Source: a virus. Taken from it: a DNA stretch of 64,000 nt. The stretch's first letter is position 1; each line of letters begins with the position of its first letter. Below the pieces are notes generated by a model, which did no database searches, was not told the origin of the DNA, and saw only the letters and a list, made by a program, of their open reading frames with translations. The position numbers were made by a program, and so were the translations under genes. The DNA lies in IMG/VR virus record IMGVR_UViG_3300046791_000454, positions 1 to 64,000 of that record; one strand, given 5' to 3'. Shown here piece by piece: positions 9,186-17,956 of the stretch.

Positions 9186-9869
9186 CTACTGCCAGACGCC
9201 GCCCGTGCCGTTGCAGCCGTACGTGTCGCACGGCGCGATGGTGCACGGCGTCGCGTTCGAGATGAAGAGCGTGAAGACTCCGCCGAGTCCTGGTGCCTGC
9301 TGTTGCAGGACCGCGAACGAGCCTTCGGTGATGGTCTCGCACCCGCCCGTGGGCGAATCGCAAGACAGAGGCTGAGGCGAGCCCAGCGGCGCGATGCTTG
9401 GGATCGCGCCACCGTATGCGAACGTCCCGCCGCACGTCGTGCCAGCGGGGAACGCGACCGGGAGCGCCCAAAGCGTAGCGCTAGACGTGTCGCACGCGCA
9501 GCGCGGGTCGCGGAGCGCCGTCTGCGGCGCCTTGACCTTAGTCGTTCCGAAGCTGAGCATCAGGACCTTCGAATCGTTGCAGACGTCGGCGCACACCGTG
9601 TCGACGGGGCCGCACGTCGGGTCGCAGTTGATGATCGTGTCGGCGTCGCCGGGCTGTAGACACGCGGCATCCGGGCACCCCGTCCCGCCGCCGGTGCTAC
9701 TCGATGACGAGGAGCTCACGCTGGACGTGGCGCCTCCCGTTCCAGCCGCCGACGAGCTCGCGCTGTCCGTCGTGCTCCCGCTACCTCCTGAACCACCGGC
9801 ACCCTCAAGACCCTGCGCCGCCGAGCACGCCACCGCCGACACTGCAACCGCTATCGCAATAATTCTCAC
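9186..9869 (-). CDS. Cys-rich lipoprotein (moron)
   Basis: MRIIAIAVAVSAVAC lipobox, Gly/Ser linker, Cys-rich domain. Confidence 0.75.
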   Translation of the reverse strand: MRIIAIAVAVSAVACSAAQGLEGAGGSGGSGSTTDSASSSAAGTGGATSSVSSSSSSSTGGGTGCPDAACLQPGDADTIINCDPTCGPVDTVCADVCNDSKVLMLSFGTTKVKAPQTALRDPRCACDTSSATLWALPVAFPAGTTCGGTFAYGGAIPSIAPLGSPQPLSCDSPTGGCETITEGSFAVLQQQAPGLGGVFTLFISNATPCTIAPCDTYGCNGTGGVWQ

Positions 9870-10005
9870 GTCGTCATGGTAAGCCGACGAACGGCATGGC
9901 GCTACGCTGCGCGCGTGAGCAGCGGCGGACTTCGACCTAGCTGTAACGCACCTGGTCCGCCACGATCCATCTTCCGCCGCGGGCAAAGCAGAGCCATCCT
10001 GCGAC

Positions 10006-10638
10006 ATGGATCTGGGGGATCTTGAGGCGCTCGCAGTAGAGGCCATTGAAGCGGTAAACGAGGACCCGGAACGTCCGCCGTCGGCGTTCCGGCTCGCTCG
10101 CGCCCACCTCGGCGCTGGCTCCGTCGACCGGCCGCGCATGATGGTCGGGCCTCCGGCCGTCACGTTCGAAGTGGCGGGGCAACAGCGGATCGCGATCAAG
10201 GCGTCCGTGCCGCTCGAGTACGCGCACTTCTGCTGCGCGCACGAGCTCGGCCACGTGCTCCTCGCGCGCGCCGGCTTCCGCGGCCCGCTCGACGAGGAAG
10301 AGGTCTGCGCCAATTACCTTGGCGCTGCGCTGCTCATGCCGCGGCCCGCCGTGCGCTCGTTCTACCGGGCCGAGGGCCTTTCTCCGCGCCGTCTGGCGAA
10401 GGTCATCGTCTGCACGCAGACGGCGGCAGCGCTCCGCTTCGGCGAGGTGCTCATGTCGCCGCTCGCCGTCGTCGCGCCGGCCAGCGTGCGCGTGCGTGGC
10501 CCCGAGGCGTGGGTCTGGCCTGACGAGCGGACGATCCGCCGCTGGGCATCGGGACGGCCCGGGCCCGGCGTCGCGAAGATCCGGCTGACCGACCAGAAGC
10601 GCGTCGCGCTCGTCGGCAGCGACAACGACGCGGCGTAG
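10006..10638 (+). CDS. ImmA/IrrE family metallopeptidase
   Basis: FCCAHELGHVL...EEVCANYLGAALLMPR. Confidence 0.9.
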   Translation: MDLGDLEALAVEAIEAVNEDPERPPSAFRLARAHLGAGSVDRPRMMVGPPAVTFEVAGQQRIAIKASVPLEYAHFCCAHELGHVLLARAGFRGPLDEEEVCANYLGAALLMPRPAVRSFYRAEGLSPRRLAKVIVCTQTAAALRFGEVLMSPLAVVAPASVRVRGPEAWVWPDERTIRRWASGRPGPGVAKIRLTDQKRVALVGSDNDAA

Positions 10639-10703
10639 CTTCTTCTCGCCGAAGCCGCCGCCTAGGGCTTCGCCGAATTTTTCGGCGCGTCGTCGATTTT
10701 TAC

Positions 10704-10738
10704 TTGCGCTTCGATTAGGTTCGCTTAACCTATCCGAA
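10704..10738 (+). promoter_or_regulatory. early rightward promoter with operator
   Basis: TTGCGC-16-TAACCT overlapped by the inverted repeat TTCGATTAGGTT/AACCTATCCGAA. Confidence 0.65.
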
Positions 10739-10740
10739 CG

Positions 10741-11082
10741 ATGGCAACGCGAACCGAGACCCTCTTCACCGTCGACCGCGACGGCGAGTCCTTCTCCCTC
10801 CCGCTCTCGGCCCTGACCGACGACGAGCGCGACCAGCACCTCGCCGGTGACTACCGCTGGCTCTCCGACGAGCAGGCCGCCGCGCTCGCTGCGACGGTGA
10901 CGCCCGCCGAGTTCCGCGCGCACTGCGCGTGCTGGGACGAGAACCTGCTCGCCGCCTACTGGGCGCGTCACCCGACGAACGAGACGCTGCGCGTGCTCCG
11001 CGAGCAGATGAACGCGGCCACGAGCAGCGGCGACGCTGGCAACCTCGTCATCAAGCTGTTCTTCAGCACGAGGGCAGCGTGA
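10741..11082 (+). CDS. hypothetical protein
   Basis: first ORF after the promoter. Confidence 0.65.
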   Translation: MATRTETLFTVDRDGESFSLPLSALTDDERDQHLAGDYRWLSDEQAAALAATVTPAEFRAHCACWDENLLAAYWARHPTNETLRVLREQMNAATSSGDAGNLVIKLFFSTRAA

Positions 11083-11366
11083 ACACCTTTTTTCGCAGCC
11101 GCCGCCTCCGCGCCACGCAGGACACCCGCGCCATCTCGCTTGCCGAGTGCCGCCGTGGCCCGTTCGACGTGCGGAGCGACAAGACCGCGCGCCACGCTAT
11201 CGAGACGATCGCGGCGGCGCGCGTCGGCGACAACGCCGCACTGCTCAGGCTGCACCAAGCGGCTGTCCACGAACTGGATCGCTGCGGCAACGCGGACGAC
11301 GTGCGGGCAGCGATTGAGGCGTACCGCCTGGCCGTCGTGGCCTCGCGCGAGAAGGGAGCAGCATAG
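11079..11366 (+). CDS. hypothetical protein
   Basis: GTGA coupling. Confidence 0.55.
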   Translation: MNTFFRSRRLRATQDTRAISLAECRRGPFDVRSDKTARHAIETIAAARVGDNAALLRLHQAAVHELDRCGNADDVRAAIEAYRLAVVASREKGAA

Positions 11367-11368
11367 TA

Positions 11369-11713
11369 ATGGCCGCGTCACCTCTCTGGAAGGTCTACAT
11401 CGGCCTCGAATACCGCGCAGCCTGCAAGGGCGTGGAGGAGGCCGCGGTCCTCGTGGACTTCCTCGGCAAGGGCGCCACGATTCGGTGCGATCACAGCCTC
11501 GTTGTTTGGCACGAGGGGCACGAAGACCAGGCGGCCGCCGAAAGCTGGGACCACGTTGTTGAGGTCGTTCACGCGCGGCTCGACGCCCATCGCGCTGCGG
11601 TCACAGCGAAGCGCGCGGCGCGCGAGAAGGGCCTCCACGTCGAGGCATGCCCGCACTGCTTGGGCATGCGCGGCGCTGGGCCGTGCCCGGTGCACGAGAA
11701 GGGAGCGGCGTGA
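11369..11713 (+). CDS. hypothetical protein
   Basis: GGAG SD; C-terminal CxxC..CxxH. Confidence 0.6.
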   Translation: MAASPLWKVYIGLEYRAACKGVEEAAVLVDFLGKGATIRCDHSLVVWHEGHEDQAAAESWDHVVEVVHARLDAHRAAVTAKRAAREKGLHVEACPHCLGMRGAGPCPVHEKGAA

Positions 11714-11714
11714 C

Positions 11715-11921
11715 ATGAAGGACCTGACCAACTGGGAAATCGATTGGCTTCTGGGCAAGTGCGCCGAACTCGACACGGCCGGCAGGGTCCGCCTTTTTGA
11801 GGCCATGATCGACGCGGACGGGAGTCTGCCCCGCTCGGTTCGCGGGGAAGTCGGCATGCTTGTCCAGCAGATCAAGAAGGTCCTGCGCGACCGCATGTGC
11901 CTTGACTCGAAGGGAGCGTAA
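11715..11921 (+). CDS. hypothetical protein
   Basis: GGAG SD. Confidence 0.55.
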   Translation: MKDLTNWEIDWLLGKCAELDTAGRVRLFEAMIDADGSLPRSVRGEVGMLVQQIKKVLRDRMCLDSKGA

Positions 11922-11925
11922 CTAA

Positions 11926-12444
11926 GTGACCTGGGAAGAGCGACGAATCGAACTGGCGCCCAATGGGACTGTTCTCCTTCCTGTAGCCGCAATCGCCTAT
12001 AGCGCCGGGATCTTCGATGGTGAGGGGTCTGTAAGTTTGGCGCTGCGCTCTAATCGCAAGACAGTATCCGGACGATTGGCCGTGTCGCCAAAGTTGCTTA
12101 TTCAGATCGCCAACACAGATCGCCCGCTCATCGACTGGCTAATGACAACGTGGTCACTTGGTTCGGCAATCGTGTCACATAGACCCAAGAGGCCGAATCA
12201 TCGGACTGCCTATAGTTGGCGCTTGTGGGCTAGGGAGGCTGGGGCGTTCATCAAGACCATAATGCCGTTCGTGCGCGTGAAGCGAAAACAGTGCGAGCTT
12301 GGGATGATGTACCAAAACATGCTTACGCATGCCAACACCAAGATTGGGGACGACGAGATGATGCGCAGGCTCGCAATGAGAGACGAGATGGTCCGACTGA
12401 ACGGGCGCGTTCGCCTTGATTCGCTGTGGACAGGGCGCCCATGA
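11926..12444 (+). CDS. free-standing LAGLIDADG homing endonuclease
   Basis: AYSAGIFDGEGSV...IQIANTD...IMPFVRVKRKQ; visibly lower GC. Confidence 0.88.
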   Translation: MTWEERRIELAPNGTVLLPVAAIAYSAGIFDGEGSVSLALRSNRKTVSGRLAVSPKLLIQIANTDRPLIDWLMTTWSLGSAIVSHRPKRPNHRTAYSWRLWAREAGAFIKTIMPFVRVKRKQCELGMMYQNMLTHANTKIGDDEMMRRLAMRDEMVRLNGRVRLDSLWTGRP

Positions 12445-12650
12445 ACGACCTACGCCTCTCCGACCTCGGCGGCTCCGTCGCCTTCGCCGTTCGCGGACGT
12501 CGCCCGCTGCGCATGATGTTCGCCGCGCTCCGTTTCGGGCTCGCCCCGCGCGAGGCTGCCCGGGTGGCGCGCGAGGCCGAATGGCTCGGCGAGGACGCGC
12601 TGGCCGAGGACAGCGACGTGTTCGCTCGGCTCCGCGAGGTGACGTCGTGA
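12441..12650 (+). CDS. hypothetical protein
   Basis: ATGA coupling. Confidence 0.5.
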   Translation: MNDLRLSDLGGSVAFAVRGRRPLRMMFAALRFGLAPREAARVAREAEWLGEDALAEDSDVFARLREVTS

Positions 12651-12835
12651 AGAAGTCGAAGCCGAAGAGTCCGCACCGGTTCGTCTCCTGGGGCGCGACG
12701 CACACCTACCGGTGCCGCCATTGCAACGCCGAGCGCAAGGTCGACCTGTACGGAGGCCCGCAGGGCGGCATGGTGTACCTCTACCGCGCTGCCAGCGAGA
12801 CCAAGTGGAGCAAAGAGGTTCCGCCGTGCAAGTAG
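12647..12835 (+). CDS. small Zn-binding hypothetical protein
   Basis: H..CRHC...C; GTGA coupling. Confidence 0.5.
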   Translation: MKKSKPKSPHRFVSWGATHTYRCRHCNAERKVDLYGGPQGGMVYLYRAASETKWSKEVPPCK

Positions 12836-13116
12836 AGCGCTGCCACACGTGCGACCGGCCGAAGGCCACGGACGAGGACTGGAAGAAGATTCCCGAGGGC
12901 CAAGGCGAGCACCTCTGCTGGGAGGTCCCGTGCAGGGATACGCCTGTCGACTGGCGGGCTCGGGCGCTCGTGGCGGAAGCGGTGGCCGACGAGGCGACAT
13001 GTTGCGAGAAGTGCATCGTGTGTGAGCGCTGGATCGGCGCTGGCCGCAATCACGACGACGGGTGCCGGGTGCTTACGTATGAGCTCGCGAAAGAGCGAAG
13101 GGAGATGGCGAAGTGA
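12826..13116 (+). CDS. Cys-rich hypothetical protein
   Basis: CHTC...HLC...CIVC...HDDGC. Confidence 0.5.
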   Translation: MQVERCHTCDRPKATDEDWKKIPEGQGEHLCWEVPCRDTPVDWRARALVAEAVADEATCCEKCIVCERWIGAGRNHDDGCRVLTYELAKERREMAK

Positions 13117-13934
13117 CCGAAGCATTGCGACCAGGCCTGCACAAGAACGTACCGCCGCACATCTACCACACGCGTCGCATCGGCACCGTGTCGAAGTCGG
13201 CGCTCGACCACGTGCGTCGCTCGCCAGCGCACTATCTCCAGTGGGCTCGCGGCGAAGACACGGAGACGACGCCCGCGCTCGCCTTCGGCTCCGCGTTTCA
13301 CTGCGCGCTGCTCGAGCCGGAGCGCTTCGAGCGCGAATACGCGGCCGAGCCCGACTTCGGCGACTGCCGCTACAAGGACAACAAGGCGAAGCGCGACGCG
13401 TGGCGCGAAGCGCATGCCGGCACGACGCCGGTCGCCGTCGATGACGACAAGGCCATTAGAGCCATGCTCGCATCAGTCCGCGCTCACCCGCTTGCCAGGA
13501 ACATGATCCAGGCCGGCGAGCCCGAACTGACGGCCGTCTGGACTGACCTCGAGACGGGCCTCATGTGCAAGTGCCGCGCGGACTACTACGTAGAGCGGCT
13601 CGGCATGGTCGTCGACGTCAAGACGACGCTCGACGCGCGCAGCAACCCGTTCGGGCGCTCCGCGTTCGACCACGCGTATCACGTGCAGGACGCGCTCTAT
13701 CGCGCCGGGTTTCACGACGTGGGAAAGCCGATTCAGTTCTTCGTTTTCATGGCAGTTGAGAAGACGCCGCCTTATGCTATTGCGACGTACGCGCTTGACG
13801 CTCGGGGGATCGGCATCGGGTATTCGACCGCGCGCCGAGACATCGAGCGGTTGGCCGACTGCATCAAACGAGACGAGTGGCCGGCCTACGATGTCGGCAT
13901 TCAAGAGCTAAGCCTCCCTCCCTGGGCGGCATGA
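13113..13934 (+). CDS. recE: RecE/exonuclease VIII-like PD-(D/E)XK nuclease (DUF3799)
   Basis: SKSALD...FGSAFHCALLEP...KCRAD...DVKTT...YHVQDALY...AVEKTPPY. Confidence 0.85.
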   Translation: MTEALRPGLHKNVPPHIYHTRRIGTVSKSALDHVRRSPAHYLQWARGEDTETTPALAFGSAFHCALLEPERFEREYAAEPDFGDCRYKDNKAKRDAWREAHAGTTPVAVDDDKAIRAMLASVRAHPLARNMIQAGEPELTAVWTDLETGLMCKCRADYYVERLGMVVDVKTTLDARSNPFGRSAFDHAYHVQDALYRAGFHDVGKPIQFFVFMAVEKTPPYAIATYALDARGIGIGYSTARRDIERLADCIKRDEWPAYDVGIQELSLPPWAA

Positions 13935-14740
13935 AGGAGACCAACGTGACCACGAATGCACCGACCGAAACGAAACCGGCCAACGGCAGCGCTACCGGAG
14001 CCGCGAAGCAGACTACCGCCATGGTACCCGCCTCGGCACACGAAGGCGGCGCGATCCACGCCTTCTCGAGCGCCTCCAACTTCGAGAGCGCGCAGCGCAT
14101 GGCGAAGGCGCTCGCCGCGAGTACGCTCGTGCCGAAGGCGTACCAGAACAACCTGCCGAACGTGCTCATCGCAATGGAGCTGGCCAGCCGCATCAGGGCG
14201 AGCGTGTTCGCGGTGATGCAGAATCTCGATATCATCCACGGACGCCCGAGCTGGCGCGCCCTCTTCCTCATCGCAACGGTCAACTCCAGCGGCCGGTTCA
14301 CGCCCATCCGCTACAAGTTCGAAGGCAAGCCCAACACGGACGCGTGGGGCTGCGTTGCCGTGGCCAAGGACCGCGAAAGCGGCGAGGAGCTCGAGGGCCC
14401 GCTCGTCACCATTGCTCTCGCCAAAGCCGAGGGCTGGTACAGCAAGGAGGGCAGCAAGTGGAAGACGATCCCTCAGCTCATGCTGATGTACCGCTCGGCC
14501 GGATGGTGGGCGCGCGTCTACTGCCCGGAGCTCTCTCTCGGCATGCAGACCGACCAGGAGGTCATCGATACGACGGGCGTCGAAGTGAGGGACCTTCCTC
14601 CGCAGCTCGCTCCTGGCAGCGCGAAGGCGCTCGAGGCGCAGCTCATGGGCGAGGAGAAGGCCATGGCCCAGGCGGCCGAGAAGTGGGATGAGACGACCGG
14701 CGAAGTCCTCGCCCAAGAGGAGCCTGGTTCCGACGGATGA
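13931..14740 (+). CDS. recT: RecT-like ssDNA annealing protein
   Basis: LVPKAYQ..NVLIA...MQNLDIIHGRPSW...W...PQLMLMYR; adjacent to RecE-like gene. Confidence 0.8.
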   Translation: MKETNVTTNAPTETKPANGSATGAAKQTTAMVPASAHEGGAIHAFSSASNFESAQRMAKALAASTLVPKAYQNNLPNVLIAMELASRIRASVFAVMQNLDIIHGRPSWRALFLIATVNSSGRFTPIRYKFEGKPNTDAWGCVAVAKDRESGEELEGPLVTIALAKAEGWYSKEGSKWKTIPQLMLMYRSAGWWARVYCPELSLGMQTDQEVIDTTGVEVRDLPPQLAPGSAKALEAQLMGEEKAMAQAAEKWDETTGEVLAQEEPGSDG

Positions 14741-14979
14741 CCGCCCAGTCCCCTCGCCAGTCGCCCGGGTACACCTTCCCGCTCCGCCGCGTCATCGCCG
14801 AGCGGGAGGTCCCCCGCGAGCACCGCAACGCCGAAGGCGACCTCGTGCGGACTGTCATGGTCATGGTCGACCTACTCGAGTGTGGGCACACGACGGAGCC
14901 GTCGGACAGGCACACGATGCGCGCGAGGAAGAGGCTGTGCGTGAAGTGTCCGAAGAAGTTACCGAGGGATGAGAAATGA
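14737..14979 (+). CDS. small Zn-finger protein
   Basis: LECGH...CVKC. Confidence 0.6.
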   Translation: MTAQSPRQSPGYTFPLRRVIAEREVPREHRNAEGDLVRTVMVMVDLLECGHTTEPSDRHTMRARKRLCVKCPKKLPRDEK

Positions 14980-15995
14980 GTCACTTTACCGTTCTGGTTC
15001 GTGTCTCTGGCGAGCGCCTTGCGCGTCACGGTGGAGCCGTAAACCATGCCGTTGCTGAGATGATGGCGCCGTACAATGAGGAACTCGAGGCCGAGTGGGT
15101 CGACGATGAGCCAGAGATGCGGAAGGATTACGAACAGGAGTCGACTGAGTACGTCCGTCTACCGGGCGGTCGACTCGTTCTTTCTTGGGACGAGGAGTTT
15201 CGCGTTCCTGGCTCGCTTGGATTCGGCGGCGGCAGTCACCACGTGCCAAGCGACTACGAGCGGGTGGGGGTTCCCTTCCGTGAGACCTATGCGACGTTTG
15301 AGGAATACGCCAAGGACTGGTGCGACCAGACGCGCGACGAGCTTGGCCGTCTCGGTCACTGGACGAACGAGCGCGGGTTCTGGGACTGGTGGGTGATTGG
15401 AGGGCGGTGGTCGGGCCACTTCCCCCTGAAGCCCGGAGCCGAGCAGAGGCTTGGCAAGCCTGGGACCTTCGACAACAAGGCGCCCCCGAACTGCGGCGAC
15501 GTGGTTTCCACCGACGATATAGACTTGGAGGCCGTCGCGGCGAGCACGCTCCGCAACGCGACGAAGTTCGTCGACGAATACCAAGCGATGCTCGACGGCA
15601 CGCGCTTCGACTCGTTCGAGGGGCCGCGCGATATGGCCATGCGGCTTGGACTTCTCCGCGTTGAGCGCGGGCCAGCGACGGCAGCGGCGGGCGAGGTGTT
15701 GCAATCTTGGCGCGAGGTGGTGCGCGGCGGCGATAGCCGTGTCGACTGGAACGACGTCGCGAAGATCATCGAACGCGAGGCGTTCATCGCCGAATATCTC
15801 GAGTGCTTCAACACGCTCGTCACGTTCGCGGCGCTAGACGACGACGGGTGGCATGCCCCGGGCAAGATGGGGTGGTGGGCGAGCAGCACTGAGGGCCCCG
15901 ACGAATTCATCCGGTGGCGGCGCGGGTTCATGGGCCGCTTCGTCAGGGAAGCGAAGCGCTCGGATCGGCTCGTGCTGGTGGACGCGCACGTATGA
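14976..15995 (+). CDS. phage hypothetical protein, Trp-rich
   Basis: MSHFTVLV...WDWWVIGGRWSG...GKMGWW...VDAH. Confidence 0.75.
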   Translation: MSHFTVLVRVSGERLARHGGAVNHAVAEMMAPYNEELEAEWVDDEPEMRKDYEQESTEYVRLPGGRLVLSWDEEFRVPGSLGFGGGSHHVPSDYERVGVPFRETYATFEEYAKDWCDQTRDELGRLGHWTNERGFWDWWVIGGRWSGHFPLKPGAEQRLGKPGTFDNKAPPNCGDVVSTDDIDLEAVAASTLRNATKFVDEYQAMLDGTRFDSFEGPRDMAMRLGLLRVERGPATAAAGEVLQSWREVVRGGDSRVDWNDVAKIIEREAFIAEYLECFNTLVTFAALDDDGWHAPGKMGWWASSTEGPDEFIRWRRGFMGRFVREAKRSDRLVLVDAHV

Positions 15996-16114
15996 ACCCG
16001 ATCGATCGATTCCACTGGCTCCTGCTCTCCTATCGCCTCCACCGGGCCGCCGGCGCCTCTCCTCGCCAGGCCGCTCGGATGGCCTGGCGCGCATGGTGGA
16101 GGGGCGGCCGATGA
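15992..16114 (+). CDS. 40-aa basic peptide
   Basis: ATGA overlaps at both ends. Confidence 0.5.
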   Translation: MNPIDRFHWLLLSYRLHRAAGASPRQAARMAWRAWWRGGR

Positions 16115-16962
16115 GCGCGGCCGTCAACGTCGCCTGCGGCGACAAGACCTACGGGCCCGGCGGCCCCTACGTCTGCCAGCGCGAACGGGACCATTGCGAC
16201 TACCACCGACACGAGGACGCGGAGACTGTCGCAACTTGGGGCGGCAGGCATCTCGTCATCAAGCATAAGCCTGCGTCTGTCTCCCGCGCCGACGTCGACG
16301 CCATGGTGGACCGTCTCGCCGCGCTCGCTCGAGCTGAGCTCGACGCCTTGACGGACCGTGTGGCGGCGCTGGAAGCCGCCCGGCCTGCCGTCGTTGAACT
16401 GCCGAGCCTCGGAGACCTCGCCGAGACCATCAACGACCTGCGCGCCGACTACTACGACCTCGTGGCGCAGAATGAGGAACTAACGCGCCAGCGCGACGAC
16501 GCCCGGCGTGAGCGCGACCGGTACCGAGCGCACTACGAGGCCGTCTCGCCGACGGGCAACGCGGAGCTTCGGGGCCGTGTCGCCGGCCTCCAAGACGCGC
16601 TTGACGGTGCCCGGCTCGCTCTCATCGAGCGGGACGCCCGCATCGCTCAACTGGAGGGGCTTGTCGACGGGCTCGGGCGGGCCCGGCGGATGTTCGACGA
16701 CGGTGTACTGAAGGTGAGCGCGATCGACACGGAGAGCGGGCCACGCCCCGTGCAGGTCGGAGACATCTGGCAGCACCGAAACAACGCGGAGCCTTCGGTC
16801 ATCGAGGGCTTCACAAGCTCGGCGCTCAATCGGCAGCCGATGGCCATCGGTCATGACAAGCAGCCCATGTATCTAGCGCCCGACGGGACGCCGGAGAGCG
16901 CGGCGGACTGGACCCTCGTGCGCGCTGCCCAGACGATCGACACGGAGAGCGGCAAGCCGTAG
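16111..16962 (+). CDS. mosaic coiled-coil protein
   Basis: N-terminal C..C..H..H, central coiled coil, C-terminal segment bounded by IDTESG repeats. Confidence 0.65.
   Translation: MSAAVNVACGDKTYGPGGPYVCQRERDHCDYHRHEDAETVATWGGRHLVIKHKPASVSRADVDAMVDRLAALARAELDALTDRVAALEAARPAVVELPSLGDLAETINDLRADYYDLVAQNEELTRQRDDARRERDRYRAHYEAVSPTGNAELRGRVAGLQDALDGARLALIERDARIAQLEGLVDGLGRARRMFDDGVLKVSAIDTESGPRPVQVGDIWQHRNNAEPSVIEGFTSSALNRQPMAIGHDKQPMYLAPDGTPESAADWTLVRAAQTIDTESGKP
16721..16952 (+). repeat. 19-bp direct repeat CGATCGACACGGAGAGCGG (16721-16739, 16934-16952)
   Basis: exact match, 213 bp apart, in frame. Confidence 0.9.
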
Positions 16963-16977
16963 CCGACAGGAGAGCCC

Positions 16978-17955
16978 ATGTCAGAGTTTCACATTCGCGT
17001 TGTCTCGATTGGCCCCATCGTCAAGCACCCGAACGCCGACGCACTGAGCATCGTCGACGTCGAAGGCTACCCGGTCATCATGCGCACCGGCGACTTCGCC
17101 GAGGGCGACAAGGCCGTCTACGTGCCGGTCGACGCCATCGTCCCGGCGGACGATCCGCGCTGGGCCTTCCTCGCCGGGCACTGGCGCATCAAGGCCAAGA
17201 AGCTTCGCGGAACGTTCAGCATGGGGCTTCTCACCGCGTCGGACCCCGCTTGGGAAGTTGGCCAGAACGTGCAGGCCGAGCTCCGCATCGAGAAGTACGA
17301 CCCGGAGATCGCGGAGCAGAACAGCAAGGGCCCGTGCCCCGACGATGAGCCCGACCCCGGCCTCATTCCCGTCTACACCGACATCGAGGGCCTTCGAAAG
17401 TACAGCCGCATTCTCGAGACGGGCGAGCAGGTCGTCCTGACGGAGAAGATCCACGGCGAGAACTTCCGCGCCGTCTTCGCCGATGGTCGCCTCTGGGTCG
17501 GCTCACGCACGCGCTTCAAGCGGCCTGATGCGGGCACGAAGTGGTGGGCTGCGGCGCGCTCCGCTGGCTTGGAAGAGAAGCTGGCCCGCTTCCCCGGCGT
17601 GGCCGTCTACGGCGAGTCGCACGGCTACACCGGCGGATTCCCGTACGGGCAGCCGCCAGGCAAGCCCGCGGTGCGCCTGTTCGACGCGCTTGACAGCAAG
17701 ACGCGGCGCTACTTCCACGACGCGGACTTTCAAGCGTTCGCCGAGGAGATCGGCGTCGATACGGCGCCGGTGCTCTATCGGGGTTCGTGGTCCGAGGACC
17801 TGCGTTCGCACGCCGAAGGGCGGAGCACCCTGGATGCGAGCCACGTGCGCGAAGGGTTCGTGGTTCGCCCGGTCGTCGAGCGGCACGACCATCGCGTCGG
17901 GCGTGTCATTCTCAAGATGGTGGGAGAAGGTTATTTGCTCCGCAAGGGCGCGTGA
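16978..17955 (+). CDS. ATP-dependent RNA ligase (DRB0094-like)
   Basis: HPNADAL N-domain; TEKIHG, YGE, FD, REGFVVRP, K motifs. Confidence 0.9.
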   Translation: MSEFHIRVVSIGPIVKHPNADALSIVDVEGYPVIMRTGDFAEGDKAVYVPVDAIVPADDPRWAFLAGHWRIKAKKLRGTFSMGLLTASDPAWEVGQNVQAELRIEKYDPEIAEQNSKGPCPDDEPDPGLIPVYTDIEGLRKYSRILETGEQVVLTEKIHGENFRAVFADGRLWVGSRTRFKRPDAGTKWWAAARSAGLEEKLARFPGVAVYGESHGYTGGFPYGQPPGKPAVRLFDALDSKTRRYFHDADFQAFAEEIGVDTAPVLYRGSWSEDLRSHAEGRSTLDASHVREGFVVRPVVERHDHRVGRVILKMVGEGYLLRKGA

Positions 17956-17956
17956 C

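Noticed and set aside
9946-9962. Third GG-N10-GC on the minus strand upstream of the lipoprotein
   Set aside because: Weak match, no associated palindrome, and a TACCAT -10 explains the start better
11921-12444. Group I intron or intein around the LAGLIDADG gene
   Set aside because: Only 4 nt upstream and an ATGA overlap downstream, leaving no room for a ribozyme; no intein termini
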